A DNA stretch of 64,000 bases from Pseudomonadales bacterium (GTDB lineage: Bacteria > Pseudomonadota > Gammaproteobacteria > Pseudomonadales > JAUIET01): positions 3,935 to 67,934 of the forward strand of contig JBBKXJ010000070.1 in the NCBI GenBank assembly GCA_037969395.1, in the 5' to 3' direction. The number at the start of each line of letters is the position of its first letter. Position 1 is the first letter of the stretch. Shown here piece by piece: positions 63,658 through 64,000 of the stretch. Under the pieces are notes generated by a model. That model searched no databases. It had not been told where the DNA came from and saw nothing but the letters and a program-made list of their open reading frames with translations. Both the position numbers and the translations under genes were made by a program.

Positions 63658-64000
63658 TTACTCCGCCAGCGCTGCCAGTTGGTCGGTTTGATGTTCCTGC
63701 ACCAGCGGCTGAATCACGGCATCCAAATCGCCTTCCACAATTTCTGCCAGTTTATACAGCGTGAGGTTAATGCGATGATCGGTGATGCGACCCTGCGGAT
63801 AATTGTAGGTACGGATGCGCTCCGAACGGTCACCGCTGCCCACCAGGTTGCGACGCTCGTCGGCCTGCTGCTGGTCTTGTTTATTTTGCGCGGCGTCCTG
63901 CAGCCGCGCGCCCAGCAGCGACATCGCCCGGGCGCGATTTTTGTGCTGCGAGCGCTCGTCCTGGCACTCAACCACGATGCCGGTGGGCAGATGGGTCAGC
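63658..64000 (-). CDS. prfA: Peptide chain release factor 1, C-terminal part (runs off window end)
   Basis: [44 protein letters not shown]; directly upstream of prmC. Confidence 0.95.
   Translation of the reverse strand, partial: LTHLPTGIVVECQDERSQHKNRARAMSLLGARLQDAAQNKQDQQQADERRNLVGSGDRSERIRTYNYPQGRITDHRINLTLYKLAEIVEGDLDAVIQPLVQEHQTDQLAALAE

Noticed and set aside
63714-63971. 85-aa ORF in the prmC frame inside prfA, suggesting readthrough or frameshift
   Set aside because: It is an alternate frame of prfA with no motif; the CTG start explains prmC more simply.

Overview
Core-genome window of a non-enteric gammaproteobacterium; the gene order resembles Pseudomonadales/Cellvibrionales (inference). 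From left to right: a truncated M23 peptidase gene; the dcw cluster (lpxC-ftsZ-ftsA-ftsQ-murC-murG-ftsW-murD-mraY-murF-murE-ftsI-ftsL-rsmH-mraZ, minus strand) with MraZ boxes; RNase P RNA; rsmI/lpoA-yraN-diaA-like-dolP; sspBA; a fused cytochrome b-c1 gene plus petA; rpsI-rplM; zapE/zapG; Nif3/degS; hisD-hisG-murA-bolA-mlaC; yrbG-kdsDC-lptCAB-rpoN-hpf-ptsN-rapZ-npr-mgtE-yjgA; nitrilase-yhdP-rng-maf; gatCAB; PA4642-like, cysZ and rhlB; a degenerate REC-PAS-kinase protein; and moeB-prmC-prfA (truncated). I found no CRISPR array, tRNA/rRNA gene, prophage or transposase. The most interesting signals are four. (1) Whole modules are cleanly missing from positions where they are usually syntenic: mreBCD, tldD and pmbA, mlaFED and mlaB, ddl, murI, dciA. 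(2) An 810-aa orphan appears to be a pseudo-histidine kinase, with every phosphorelay motif eroded. (3) Cytochrome b and c1 form a polyprotein with an internally duplicated C-terminal hairpin. (4) Smaller anomalies include an SxQ FtsI motif, a degenerate GmhA/DiaA, a probable CTG start for prmC, a DoxX-like remnant and GTAG-type REP repeats. All product calls come from motif recognition and synteny; no database search was run, and absence from this window does not show absence from the genome.
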